A stretch of 64,000 nucleotides of DNA from Stanieria cyanosphaera PCC 7437. GTDB taxonomy: Bacteria > Cyanobacteriota > Cyanobacteriia > Cyanobacteriales > Xenococcaceae. Under the pieces are notes generated by a model. It saw only the letters and a list, made by a program, of their open reading frames with translations. It made no database searches and was not told the DNA's origin. Positions 10,582 through 20,606 of this stretch are shown here, one piece after another. Every line of letters starts with the position of its first letter. Positions within the stretch are counted from its first letter, which is position 1. Both the position numbers and the translations under genes were made by a program. The stretch covers positions 2,299,199 through 2,363,198 of the forward strand of contig NC_019748.1 of assembly GCF_000317575.1 (NCBI RefSeq), read 5' to 3'.

Positions 10582-13374
10582 ATGAATGTTCCTAAAACTT
10601 CCTTCGTTGCTTCTGGTTCAATTCCTGAGATTAGTAAAGATTGGCATACTTTGAACGTTGAAGAATCCTTAGCAATTCTTACCAGTGATTTTAATCAAGG
10701 ATTAACAGCGAAGCAAATTGAGCAAAGAAAGCAAGCTTTTGGTACAAATGAACTAAAAGAATCTGGCGGTCGCAGTGCTTTAGTAATTTTATGGGAACAG
10801 TTTACCAACATCATGTTAGTGATGCTGATTGCCGTGGCAATAGTATCAGCAGTTTTAGATTTTCGTCAAGGCACATTTCCTAAAGACGCAGTAGCAATTT
10901 TTGCAATTGTGATTGTCAACGGAATTTTAGGTTATTTACAGGAAAGTCGGGCAGAAAAAGCTTTAGCAGCCCTAAAACGTCTTTCTGCTCCCCAAGTGAG
11001 AGTGATTAGGCAAGGAAAAACTACTGAAATTCCTGCCAAGGATTTAGTACCAGGGGATATCATGCTGTTAGAAGCAGGAGTACAAATCGCTGCCGATGGA
11101 CGTTTGCTAGAAGCCCAAAACCTACAAGTGCGAGAATCGACTTTAACAGGAGAAGCAGAAGCAGTCCTTAAACAAGCTGATGTTATTTTACCTCATGATA
11201 GTTCTTTAGGCGATCGCATTAATCTAGTTTTTCAGGGAACGGAAGTAGTTTTAGGCAGAGCTAAAGTAATTGTTACCAAAACAGGGATGGACACGGAAAT
11301 CGGTCATATCGCTGCTATGATACAGAGTGTAGAAACCGAACCGACTCCTCTACAACAAAGAATGACTCAACTGGGAAATGTCTTGGTAAGTAGTTCTTTG
11401 GGTTTGGTTGCTATAGTGGTGATTGGTGGTGTATTACGAACAGGATGGCAGTTTTTTGAACAATTGTTGGAAGTGTCGTTAAGTATGGCAGTTGCCGTTG
11501 TTCCAGAAGGATTACCTGCGGTAGTGACAGTTACCTTAGCCATTGGTACTCAAAAAATGGTGCGTCGCCATGCTTTAATCCGTAAACTACCAGCAGTAGA
11601 AACTTTGGGTTCGGTAACTACGATTTGTTCCGATAAAACTGGAACTTTGACTCAAAATAAAATGGTAGTGCAGAAAGTTGAGACAGGTTCTTATCACTTT
11701 AACGTAACAGGAGAAGGTTATAACCCTGTAGGAGAATTTTTAAGTAAGCAGCATCAGCAACTGCAAACCGAACCAGAAGTTCAACAACTAATGCTTGCTT
11801 GTGTAGCGTGTAACGATGCTCTACTACAACAGAAAAAAACCCCCAAACAAACAGAATGGCATATTTTAGGAGATCCAACTGAAGGCGCGTTACTCGCTTT
11901 AGCTGGAAAAGCAGGAATTTTTAAAGAAAATCTAGACAGTAAAATGCCTCGGATGGGAGAGTTTCCTTTTTCTTCTGAAAGAAAACGGATGTCTGTGATT
12001 GTTGATAACGGAGACGGAACAAGCTCTTACTCCATGTTCACCAAAGGTTCACCAGAATTAATTTTAGAATGTTGCGATCGCATTTTGCTTAAAGACCAGT
12101 TAGTTCCAATTACTGCTGAACAAAGACAGCACATTCTAACTGAAAATGACGGCATGGCAAGTAATGGTTTAAGGGTACTGGGTTTTGCTTACAAACCTCT
12201 AAGCAGTGTTCCCGACGCAGAAGATCAAGAAAATACTGAACGGGAATTAGTTTGGTTAGGTTTAATTGGAATGCTTGATGCACCTCGTCCCGAAGTTAAA
12301 GAAGCTGTCAAACGTTGTCGAAGTGCAGGAATTCGTCCTGTGATGATTACAGGAGATCATCAATTAACTGCTATGGCGATCGCATCGGAACTAGGTATTG
12401 CTAGTCCCTACGAGCAGGTATTGACAGGACAAAGATTACAGGCAATGTCTGACTTGGAATTAGAAGAAGCGGTCGATCAAGTAAGTGTGTATGCTCGTGT
12501 TTCTCCAGAACATAAACTTCGGATTGTTAAAGCACTTCAAAAACGAGGTAAGTTTGTCGCCATGACAGGGGATGGAGTCAATGATGCACCAGCCCTGAAA
12601 CAAGCTGATATCGGTATTGCCATGGGTATTACAGGAACAGATGTCAGCAAAGAAGCCAGCGATATGATTTTGTTGGATGATAATTTTGCTACGATTGTGG
12701 CTGCGACGGAAGAAGGCAGAGTAGTTTACGATAATATTCGTCGTTTTATTAAATATATTTTGGGCAGTAATATTGGTGAAGTTTTAACGATTGCTGCTGC
12801 ACCTTTGATTGGTTTAGGTGGTGTGCCACTCTCTCCTTTACAAATTCTCTGGATGAACCTAGTTACTGATGGTTTACCTGCGCTGGCATTAGCAGTAGAA
12901 CCCGCCGAACCCAACGTGATGAAACGCCCACCCTATAGTCCCAGAGAAAGTATTTTTGCTCGTGGTTTAGGACTTTATATGGTCAGAATTGGGATTATTT
13001 TTGCCATTCTTGCGATCGCACTGATGGTTTGGGCTTATAATCACGCTCAAGCTGATGGTAATCCAGAACGCTGGAAAACTATGGTTTTTACAACTTTATG
13101 TTTAGCACAAATGGGTCACGCCCTGGCAATTCGTTCTGATACCCAATTGACTATTCAAATCAATCCTTTTTCTAATCCCTATGTTTTAGGAGCAGTTACT
13201 TTAACTACCATCTTACAACTACTTCTAATCTACGTTGAACCGTTACGTAATTTCTTTAATACTCATTGGTTGAGTCCTACAGAATTAGGAATTTGTGTCG
13301 GTTTTAGTCTGTTGATGTTTGTTTGGATTGAATTTGAAAAGATTGTTTTACGTTTGTTGAAAAAGCGAGGCTAA
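10582..13374 (+). CDS. P-type (P2-type, PacL/SERCA-PMCA-like) Ca2+-transporting ATPase
   Basis: 930 aa with DKTGTLT phosphorylation motif, [28 protein letters not shown], and 10 TM segments. Confidence 0.9.
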   Translation: MNVPKTSFVASGSIPEISKDWHTLNVEESLAILTSDFNQGLTAKQIEQRKQAFGTNELKESGGRSALVILWEQFTNIMLVMLIAVAIVSAVLDFRQGTFPKDAVAIFAIVIVNGILGYLQESRAEKALAALKRLSAPQVRVIRQGKTTEIPAKDLVPGDIMLLEAGVQIAADGRLLEAQNLQVRESTLTGEAEAVLKQADVILPHDSSLGDRINLVFQGTEVVLGRAKVIVTKTGMDTEIGHIAAMIQSVETEPTPLQQRMTQLGNVLVSSSLGLVAIVVIGGVLRTGWQFFEQLLEVSLSMAVAVVPEGLPAVVTVTLAIGTQKMVRRHALIRKLPAVETLGSVTTICSDKTGTLTQNKMVVQKVETGSYHFNVTGEGYNPVGEFLSKQHQQLQTEPEVQQLMLACVACNDALLQQKKTPKQTEWHILGDPTEGALLALAGKAGIFKENLDSKMPRMGEFPFSSERKRMSVIVDNGDGTSSYSMFTKGSPELILECCDRILLKDQLVPITAEQRQHILTENDGMASNGLRVLGFAYKPLSSVPDAEDQENTERELVWLGLIGMLDAPRPEVKEAVKRCRSAGIRPVMITGDHQLTAMAIASELGIASPYEQVLTGQRLQAMSDLELEEAVDQVSVYARVSPEHKLRIVKALQKRGKFVAMTGDGVNDAPALKQADIGIAMGITGTDVSKEASDMILLDDNFATIVAATEEGRVVYDNIRRFIKYILGSNIGEVLTIAAAPLIGLGGVPLSPLQILWMNLVTDGLPALALAVEPAEPNVMKRPPYSPRESIFARGLGLYMVRIGIIFAILAIALMVWAYNHAQADGNPERWKTMVFTTLCLAQMGHALAIRSDTQLTIQINPFSNPYVLGAVTLTTILQLLLIYVEPLRNFFNTHWLSPTELGICVGFSLLMFVWIEFEKIVLRLLKKRG

Positions 13375-13454
13375 ATCAATTGAATCTAAGTTTTTATTTC
13401 TGCCCTCTGCCTTTTGACAATAATTTATGTTCACAAATCAAATAGGATTGCTAT

Positions 13455-13934
13455 ATGAAAATAGTGCTTTGTCTATTGATTTCAGTAATGCTTATCTTAG
13501 GATATGGACTTCAGCCAGTGGAGGCTAAACCAGTCCAAACCGATGCAGTACTAGTCTGTTATTCTGGAGGTCAAGAAATTGTCCGCAAAACTGTTGTGGA
13601 AGGTCCTTTTGCCGATGAATACAAATTTGCTCATGAAGTTAAAGTTATTGATGAGCAAGGAGAACATCAATTAAATTTTGCTGGTGGACTATGTATGATT
13701 GATCGTGGTGCAGTTGCGCTAAAAAGCCAGCCCAAACTAAGCGATCGCCTTAGCTGTTATTCTGGAGGTAAAAAGGTGATTGATTTTGAAGTTTATGGTC
13801 GAGAAACAACTGTTGATGAATATCTAGAAGGAAGAACTTTTGTAGCCAAAGCTCGTGGCAAAGCCTTTAATTATGATTCTCTTCATCAATATTTAGTTTT
13901 TGGTGGGGGCGCGTGTTTGGGAGAAGAAACCTAG
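13455..13934 (+). CDS. secreted hypothetical protein with an internal duplication
   Basis: Signal peptide. Two CYSGG(Q/K)(E/K)(I/V) repeat units. Confidence 0.45.
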   Translation: MKIVLCLLISVMLILGYGLQPVEAKPVQTDAVLVCYSGGQEIVRKTVVEGPFADEYKFAHEVKVIDEQGEHQLNFAGGLCMIDRGAVALKSQPKLSDRLSCYSGGKKVIDFEVYGRETTVDEYLEGRTFVAKARGKAFNYDSLHQYLVFGGGACLGEET

Positions 13935-14042
13935 AAAAAAAAATAAGTAGCAAATTTGACTACCCGTTTTGAAAAAATGTGTTAAACTTCTGTTTAAATC
14001 TAGAGTAAGTTAGCCTAATCCTTGCTTAATAAAATAAGCAAG

Positions 14043-14150
14043 AGCGGGGGAACCAAATTCGGGGCGTATCTCTATCGATGTAAATAGAGAAGGACATCTC
14101 TCAGTCCTAGCCCGTCAGCTAACCTCGTCGGCTTTGAGAGGAGACTGAAC
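14043..14150 (+). promoter_or_regulatory. candidate structured cis-regulatory RNA (riboswitch-like), copy 2 of 3
   Basis: Same element as copy 1, with hairpin loop CGAUGUAA. Lies ~150 nt upstream of the small ORF at 14299. Confidence 0.5.
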
Positions 14151-14298
14151 AGATAGCACTATAATTGCTGTTTTCAGTATCCTTGGCTGCTAAATACTCT
14201 CTACATTAAGCTGTCTCGGGGTTCTGAAAATTATCTCAATTGGGATAATTCTAAATGATACCTAGGATAGCCTAGCTAGTCATTAGGAGAATCAGTAT

Positions 14299-14535
14299 AT
14301 GTTTAACATTGGCGATCGCGTTCGACATAAAGCAACTGGCGAAGTAGGTACAGTCATCGGTTATGGACATCAGTTTGTTAATGATTTTTACTTGACCACC
14401 ATCATAGTTAGATTATTGAATTCTACAGTAACCGAATCAGTAGTAGAAGATTTATATACTGAATGGCTTGGTTGGCAGAATGATACTCCACCAAAAGCCG
14501 AGCGAAATCTATCTAATTGCTTATATGCAGCCTAA
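14299..14535 (+). CDS. small hypothetical protein (78 aa) downstream of RNA element copy 2
   Basis: GDRVRHKATGEVGTV motif (DUF-like SH3/KOW-type beta motif). RBS GGAGAA upstream. Confidence 0.4.
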   Translation: MFNIGDRVRHKATGEVGTVIGYGHQFVNDFYLTTIIVRLLNSTVTESVVEDLYTEWLGWQNDTPPKAERNLSNCLYAA

Positions 14536-14584
14536 AAAGTTGCAAATATAATACGTTGATAACAAGCCTAATTCTGAAACAGAA

Positions 14585-14692
14585 ACGGGGGAACCAAATT
14601 GGGGGCTAATCTCTATAGTTATCAGTAGAGAAGGACATCTCTCAGTCCTAGCCCGTCAGCTAACCTCGTCGGCTTTGGGAGGAAACTGAAGG
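14585..14692 (+). promoter_or_regulatory. candidate structured cis-regulatory RNA (riboswitch-like), copy 3 of 3, in the 5' leader of the ABC transporter operon
   Basis: Same element. A TATAAT at 14547-14552 sits ~30 nt upstream, and the permease start codon ~85 nt downstream. Confidence 0.5.
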
Positions 14693-14775
14693 AAAATCTT
14701 TTAACAAATTATCCTCATCAGTATTCCTTAATTGTACTGGTTGAATCTATATTTTAACTAATGGGGGTAATATAA

Positions 14776-15609
14776 ATGAATTTATCAACCCTTGCTGTAG
14801 CGGGGCAAGTGGCTTGGGGACGTATCAAGCCAGTAGTTGTTCGAGACACTGTTTTACTACCAGCAGCAGGATTTTTAGGATTAATTGCTGTTTGGTGGGT
14901 GATCGCTTTATTTCGACCTGAATTAATGCCCACACCTCCACAAGCATTGATGGAGAATTTAGATTATATTTTTCATCCATTTTATCGTAGAGGACCAGGA
15001 GATCTTGGTCTTGGTTGGTTATTACTAGCTAGTTTACGACGCGTTATTATCGGTTTTTTAATTGGGGCTGCGGTAGCTATTCCTGTAGGATTTTTAATTG
15101 GGATGTCGAGAAGCGCAATGTTAGCGATCAATCCCCTAATTCAAGTTCTCAAACCCGTATCACCGTTGGCGTGGTTACCGATTGCCCTAGCTATTTTTAA
15201 TATTGCCGATCCTTCTGCTATTTTTGTTATTTTTATTACTTCCTTATGGTCAACTATTATTAATACTGCTCTAGGAGTATCTAGCGTCCCAAAAGAATAT
15301 CAAGACGTAGGACAAATGCTAGAGATGCCAGCCTGGAAAAAAATTGTCAAAATTATTCTGCCTGCTAGCCTACCTTATATTTTTACGGGCTTACGGATTA
15401 GTTTGGGGATTGCTTGGTTAGTAATCGTGGCAGTAGAAATGCTCACAGGTGGAATTGGCATTGGCTTTTTTGTCTGGGATGAATGGAGTCGTCTCAATCT
15501 TAGTTCGGTGTTTTTGGCTGTATTTGTAATTGGTATAACTGGCTTGATCCTTGACTACCTTTTGGGATTAATCCAAATCTGGGTAACCCATCGTCCTGCT
15601 AGTTCTTAG
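14776..15609 (+). CDS. ABC transporter permease, NrtB/CmpB/CynB (nitrate/sulfonate/bicarbonate/cyanate) family
   Basis: 277 aa with 6 TM segments and the EAA-like loop of binding-protein-dependent permeases. Confidence 0.85.
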   Translation: MNLSTLAVAGQVAWGRIKPVVVRDTVLLPAAGFLGLIAVWWVIALFRPELMPTPPQALMENLDYIFHPFYRRGPGDLGLGWLLLASLRRVIIGFLIGAAVAIPVGFLIGMSRSAMLAINPLIQVLKPVSPLAWLPIALAIFNIADPSAIFVIFITSLWSTIINTALGVSSVPKEYQDVGQMLEMPAWKKIVKIILPASLPYIFTGLRISLGIAWLVIVAVEMLTGGIGIGFFVWDEWSRLNLSSVFLAVFVIGITGLILDYLLGLIQIWVTHRPASS

Positions 15610-15647
15610 TTACTAGAATCAGTCAAGAGATAATTTGGAGTATTGAG

Positions 15648-17048
15648 ATGAATCAAAAACTAAAACGTAGAGCCTTTTTACAAGGCTTATCCGCAACTGC
15701 GTCGATGATGGCAATTTCTGGTTGTGCTATTAGTGGCAGTAAAGCTCCCAAAGTTTTAACCGAGGAAGCTTTAGCAGTTGAACCAATCGTCAAACCTGAA
15801 AGTTTAGAAAAACCCAATCTAACTATTGGTTATGTTCCTGTTAACGACTGCGCTCCCTTTGCTATAGCTTGGGAGAAAGGTTTTTTTCGCAAGTATGGCT
15901 TGAATGTAACTTTAAGTCGCGAATCAAGTTGGGCAAATTCTCGTGATGGCGTAATTTTTGGTCGCCTCGATGCTTCTCCTGTAGTTTCTGGGGCAGTGAT
16001 GAATGCTAGAGCGGGTGCTGAAGGCGCGCGTCATGCTCCTTTATGTGCTGCCATGACTATTCACCGTCACGGTAACGCCATGACTATGAGTAAAGAGTTA
16101 TGGGATGCAGGTATTCGTCCCTGGCAAGATTATCAAGGAGATTTGGAGCAATTTGGCAGCGATTTTGCTGGTTATTTTCAAAAAGCTCCCGAACAAAAGC
16201 GAGTTTGGGCTGTAGTACTGAGTTCTGCTATTTATGAATACTTTGCCCGTTATCTAGTAGCAGCTACTGGATTAAATCCTGACGAAATGTTTCGCATTAT
16301 TATTACTCCTCCACCCCAGATGGTTACGAATATGCGGATCGGAGCGATGCAAGCTTATATGGTGGCAGAACCTTGGAATACTCGTGCTATTTCAGGCAAT
16401 GAGGGTATTGGGTTTACTTTTGCTCAAGGAAGAGAACTTTGGCGAGGACATCCCGATCGCCTTTTGGCAGTGATGGAATCTTTTATTAACGAGAATCCTA
16501 AAACTTATCGTTCTTTAGTCAAGGCGATGATCGAAGCTTGCCAATATTGCAGTAAACCAGAAAATCTCGAAGAAGTAGCCCAAATTATCTCCGAGCGTTC
16601 TTTTACTGGGGCAAAACCTGAATTAACTAGAGCGGGAATTGTTGGTGATTATAACTATGGTGGTTTTGATGATCAGAAGCGGATTGTTAAAAGTCTAGAC
16701 ACCACTCTCTTCTTCGATCTTCCTGCTGAAGTTTCGAGTATTCCTAACGATCATTCCACCTTTTTATGGCAGTCACACAATCTTTGGTTGATGACTCAAT
16801 CGACACGTTGGCAACAAATTCGTCAATTTCCCAAGAATGCTGATCAAATTGCGCGGATAGCTTGGCGAACGGATTTATATCGAGAGATTGCTGGAGAAAT
16901 GGGCATAAAATGCCCGACAGAAGATTATAAAGTTGAGCCAGCCGAAACATTTATCGACAATAAAGCTTTCGATCCTAGCGATCCAGTTGGTTATCTCAAT
17001 AGTTTTAAGATTAGGGCGAATGCACCTGGTTTATTTTTTATGTCGTAA
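15648..17048 (+). CDS. ABC transporter substrate-binding lipoprotein, NrtA/CmpA/CynA family (Tat signal)
   Basis: RRAFLQG twin-arginine motif plus SGCA lipobox. Blocks IGYVPVNDCAPFAIAWEKGFF, SSWANSRDG and FDPSDPVGYL resemble CmpA/NrtA. Confidence 0.85.
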   Translation: MNQKLKRRAFLQGLSATASMMAISGCAISGSKAPKVLTEEALAVEPIVKPESLEKPNLTIGYVPVNDCAPFAIAWEKGFFRKYGLNVTLSRESSWANSRDGVIFGRLDASPVVSGAVMNARAGAEGARHAPLCAAMTIHRHGNAMTMSKELWDAGIRPWQDYQGDLEQFGSDFAGYFQKAPEQKRVWAVVLSSAIYEYFARYLVAATGLNPDEMFRIIITPPPQMVTNMRIGAMQAYMVAEPWNTRAISGNEGIGFTFAQGRELWRGHPDRLLAVMESFINENPKTYRSLVKAMIEACQYCSKPENLEEVAQIISERSFTGAKPELTRAGIVGDYNYGGFDDQKRIVKSLDTTLFFDLPAEVSSIPNDHSTFLWQSHNLWLMTQSTRWQQIRQFPKNADQIARIAWRTDLYREIAGEMGIKCPTEDYKVEPAETFIDNKAFDPSDPVGYLNSFKIRANAPGLFFMS

Positions 17049-17090
17049 ATTTTTTGTTGAAAAATATTTTAATTTTTAAAGGAGTTAACT

Positions 17091-17915
17091 ATGTTTTATT
17101 CCAGCACTTTTACTAGTAATACCTCTACTAATTACAATTCAGAAGAATTTTTAGTGATTGAAAATCTAGTTAAATCTTTTCCTCAACCTGATGGTAGTCG
17201 GACGGTAATTCTTGATGGAATTAATTTAACGATTGGTGCAGAAGAATATATTTCCGTAATTGGTCACTCTGGTTGCGGTAAATCGACTTTATTGAGAATA
17301 ATTGCTGGTTTAGATAAACCAACCTCTGGAATGGTAACTCTAGAAGGAAAAGAAATTCGTAAGCCTGGTGCAGAAAGGATGATGGTTTTTCAAAGCTATG
17401 CCCTACTACCTTGGCTAACTGTACGAGAAAATATTCGTTTGGCAGTAGATGAAGTCTTAAAAAAAGCTACGCGTGCCGAAAAAGTCAGTTTAGTTAACGA
17501 GCATATTGCAATGGTTAATTTAACTGCTGCTGCCGATAAATATCCTGATGAACTTTCTGGGGGGATGAAACAAAGGGTAGGAATTGCCCGTGCTTTGATT
17601 ACTCGCCCGAAAATGTTACTGATGGATGAACCATTTGGAGCATTAGACGCTTTAACTAAAAGGAAACTGCAAGCACAAGTACTAGAAATTTGGGAAAATC
17701 ATCGACAAGCAGTCATGATGATCACCCACGATGTAGACGAAGCAATTTATATGTCCGATCGCATTATTTTAATGACTAATGGTCCGGAAGCAAAAATTGG
17801 AGAAATTATTACTGTACCTTTTGACCATCCCCGCGATCGCGCCTCGCTACAAAATTCTCAAGAATATTATGAGATTAGAAAAAAAGCTTTAGATTTTCTG
17901 GAACACTATAGTTAA
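17091..17915 (+). CDS. ABC transporter ATP-binding protein (NrtD/CmpD/CynD-like, short form)
   Basis: Walker A GHSGCGKST, signature LSGGMKQRV, Walker B LLMDEPFGALD. Confidence 0.9.
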   Translation: MFYSSTFTSNTSTNYNSEEFLVIENLVKSFPQPDGSRTVILDGINLTIGAEEYISVIGHSGCGKSTLLRIIAGLDKPTSGMVTLEGKEIRKPGAERMMVFQSYALLPWLTVRENIRLAVDEVLKKATRAEKVSLVNEHIAMVNLTAAADKYPDELSGGMKQRVGIARALITRPKMLLMDEPFGALDALTKRKLQAQVLEIWENHRQAVMMITHDVDEAIYMSDRIILMTNGPEAKIGEIITVPFDHPRDRASLQNSQEYYEIRKKALDFLEHYS

Positions 17916-17941
17916 TTGTGGGCAATTAATGGTAAAAACAA

Positions 17942-18394
17942 GTGACCAAAATGAGCGAACAAGATCCTTTTGACTTAAATCGTTTCATCAACACACAAAA
18001 CCAAGTTTTCGACCGCGTTTTGGCAGAGTTAAAAAATGGTCGCAAGCGATCGCATTGGATGTGGTACACATTTCCTCAGCTTGACGGATTAGCTCAAAGT
18101 ACAACTTCAAAATATTACGCCATAAAAAGCCCCGAAGAAGCGATCGCCTATCTTAATCATCCAGTTTTAGGAGCGAGAATTTTGGAATGTGCAAATACGA
18201 TTGTTGCCATTGAAGGAAAAACAGTTTCAGAAATCTTTGGTTATCCTGATGATCTCAAACTTAAATCGTCTATGACATTATTTTCTGAAGTTTCCGCAGA
18301 GCCTATATTTATTCGTGTCCTTGATCGGTATTTTCATGGCGATCGAGATGATAGAACACTTCAACTATTAAAAAAGCTCAAAAATACAAAATAA
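17942..18394 (+). CDS. DUF1810-family protein
   Basis: LNRFINTQN...GRKRSHWMWYTFPQ pattern characteristic of DUF1810. Confidence 0.65.
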   Translation: MTKMSEQDPFDLNRFINTQNQVFDRVLAELKNGRKRSHWMWYTFPQLDGLAQSTTSKYYAIKSPEEAIAYLNHPVLGARILECANTIVAIEGKTVSEIFGYPDDLKLKSSMTLFSEVSAEPIFIRVLDRYFHGDRDDRTLQLLKKLKNTK

Positions 18395-18856
18395 TTTGCT
18401 CTTATTTTTTTACTGAGTGATCGATTGAAGCGTAAATCATGGGATAGTGTTGTTGCCAGCGATCGCAACTAGCGCACTCAACAATAACGCCATTAATTCA
18501 ATTACAGTTAAAGTCCCAAAACGCATCTGTCGTTTTAATAAAGACTTATGTTGCAGAGGCCAGACACAGACTAAAAGCTCCGAAAGCTAAAGCTACAATC
18601 ATTCCTGTAAGTCGGTCTTCATGATAGAACCAAGCAACGATGGGAGCGAGTAAAATTGTGGCACTAATTAAGAAGGTATTGATTTTTAGCGATCGCTCAA
18701 TTGGCTCAAATTCTTCAGTCTCGATCAAATTTAGATGCTTTATTTGGTTCTTATGATGATGATAAGAAGGAAGCACAAAGAATTTAAACTTGAGCAAAAA
18801 AATCGATCTTGCTGTTTGAAACAAGACCGACAATTAATTAAAAATCTTTATTCAAT

Positions 18857-19459
18857 CTAATTAGCAGGAGGATTAGAAGCCGAAGGACGACGATTAATAA
18901 CTTGGTCGATTAAACCATATTCTTTTGATTCTTCAGCAGACATAAAGAAGTCTCTTTCGGTATCTTCTTCAATTTTTGACAGAGGCTGTCCTGTATGATC
19001 GGCAAGATGTTGATTTAATTTTTGTTTGAGATAGAGAATTTCTTTTGCCTGAATTTCAATATCTGTAGCCTGTCCTTGTGCGCCACCTAAAGGTTGGTGA
19101 ATCATGATTCTCGAATTGGGTAAACTCATGCGCTTACCTTTGGCACCTGCACTTAGTAAAAATGCACCCATTGAAGCAGCTAACCCAATACAAATTGTAC
19201 AGACATCAGGACGAATTTGATTCATGGTATCAAACATTCCCATGCCAGCAGAAACCGAACCACCAGGAGAATTAATATAAAGATAAATGTCTTTTTCTGG
19301 GTCTTCGGCTTCTAAAAAGAGTAACTGCGCAACTATTAAGTTGGCGATATCGTCATCAACTTGCTGTCCGAGAAAGACAATTCTTTCACGCAACAGACGA
19401 GAATAAATATCAAAAGCGCGTTCGCCACGACCAGAACTTTCAATAACTGTAGGAATCAT
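18857..19459 (-). CDS. clpP: ATP-dependent Clp protease proteolytic subunit
   Basis: [20 protein letters not shown] and catalytic Ser/His context. The track ORF extends to 19564 and overlaps gmk. The likely start is the ATG at 19457-19459, giving 200 aa. Confidence 0.85.
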   Translation of the reverse strand: MIPTVIESSGRGERAFDIYSRLLRERIVFLGQQVDDDIANLIVAQLLFLEAEDPEKDIYLYINSPGGSVSAGMGMFDTMNQIRPDVCTICIGLAASMGAFLLSAGAKGKRMSLPNSRIMIHQPLGGAQGQATDIEIQAKEILYLKQKLNQHLADHTGQPLSKIEEDTERDFFMSAEESKEYGLIDQVINRRPSASNPPAN

Positions 19460-19532
19460 GAAGTTTTTTTTATTGCGGTTTGTTTTGATTGTAACTAAAT
19501 CAGTTCCCAGTAGAGACGTTGCTTCGCACCCT

Positions 19533-20108
19533 TCAGGAACATGAAACGTCTGTACACTCTTCAAAAATTAGCTGTTCAACTTTTTGAATTGTAGCCTTAA
19601 GATCGTCATTGACTAGACAATGCTTAAACTCATTTTGGGCTGCTATTTCTTCTTTTGCTCTACTTAAACGACGAATAATAGCTTCTTCTGAATCTGTTCC
19701 GCGTTTTCTAATTCTTTGTTCCAATTCTTGCAAAGAAGGAGGCAAAATAAAAATACGTTGGGCAGCAGGAAAAATTTTTGCGATCGCTCTAGCTCCTAGC
19801 AATTCAATTTCTAACAGAACCAATTTACCAAGCTGGATTTGCTCTTCTACTTTTACTTTAGGAGTACCGTAATAATTACCTGCATACTCCGCCCATTCTA
19901 GTAGTTCTCCTCGATGTATCATCGCCTCAAATTGAGACTGATTAACAAAGTAATAATCTTTGCCATCGATTTCCCCAAGGCGGGGTTTTCTGGTTGTAGT
20001 TGAAATTGAGAGATAAATCTCAGGGTGTCGTTGGAGGAGCGATCGCACAATTGTTCCTTTGCCGACACCACTAGGACCTGTAATGACAATGAGTTTTCCT
20101 GCTACCAT
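19533..20108 (-). CDS. gmk: guanylate kinase
   Basis: P-loop GPSGVGKGT. 191 aa. Confidence 0.9.
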   Translation of the reverse strand: MVAGKLIVITGPSGVGKGTIVRSLLQRHPEIYLSISTTTRKPRLGEIDGKDYYFVNQSQFEAMIHRGELLEWAEYAGNYYGTPKVKVEEQIQLGKLVLLEIELLGARAIAKIFPAAQRIFILPPSLQELEQRIRKRGTDSEEAIIRRLSRAKEEIAAQNEFKHCLVNDDLKATIQKVEQLIFEECTDVSCS

Positions 20109-20111
20109 TTT

Positions 20112-20378
20112 TTAATTGCTATTAGCTTGGGTGTCCTTACTACCCACAAAGCGGTGTGCTACAGTTTCTGGCTGAATTGCTGATAATACCACATGAGAAG
20201 AATCAGTGATAATTACTGCCCGAGTTCGACGACCATAAGTAGCATCTACTAATTGTCCTCGTTCTCTCGCTTCAGTAATAATCCGCTTAATTGGTGCAGA
20301 CTCAGGACTGACAATAGCAATAATTCGATTAGCCGAGACTATATTTCCGAAACCAATATTGATTAATTGTATATCCAT
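20112..20378 (-). CDS. remA: DUF370/RemA-family protein (commonly upstream of gmk)
   Basis: 88 aa with [19 protein letters not shown] pattern. Lies 3 bp upstream of gmk. Confidence 0.7.
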   Translation of the reverse strand: MDIQLINIGFGNIVSANRIIAIVSPESAPIKRIITEARERGQLVDATYGRRTRAVIITDSSHVVLSAIQPETVAHRFVGSKDTQANSN

Positions 20379-20606
20379 AATTTTGAACTGCCATTAACTG
20401 TAATGAAGGCAATTGAGAAAATATAATCATAATGTTATAGATAAAAATCCAGCTTTACAAGCTTAAAAGTCATATAAACAATGATATTTAACTAATTTTT
20501 AGCTTTTTTTCAGTTTTTCTTACTACCGCCTTAAGTACAATCTTTTACCAACGCCAGCAAACTCAATGCTTGAACCTGTTAAATTGCTAATGATTGATTT
20601 TTTTGA

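Noticed and set aside
9453-14692. Assignment of the triplicated RNA element to the guanidine-I (ykkC), Mn2+ (yybP-ykoY), M-box or glutamine riboswitch classes
   Set aside because: The gene context (ABC of the nitrate/bicarbonate type, P-type ATPase) is suggestive. But the remembered hallmark blocks (CUAGGGUUCCG/GGGA for ykkC; GGGGAGUAG/CAGGAGAGACC for yybP) are not present on the gene-proximal strand, only loose resemblances. It is left unassigned.
18546-18833. 95-aa minus-strand ORF between DUF1810 and clpP
   Set aside because: No recognisable motif, poor start context and His-run low complexity. It may be non-coding 3' UTR, so it is not reported as a gene.
19460-19564. Long N-terminal extension of clpP overlapping gmk
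   Set aside because: ClpP homology begins at the internal Met (MIPTVIE). The extension overlaps the gmk coding sequence and has no RBS.
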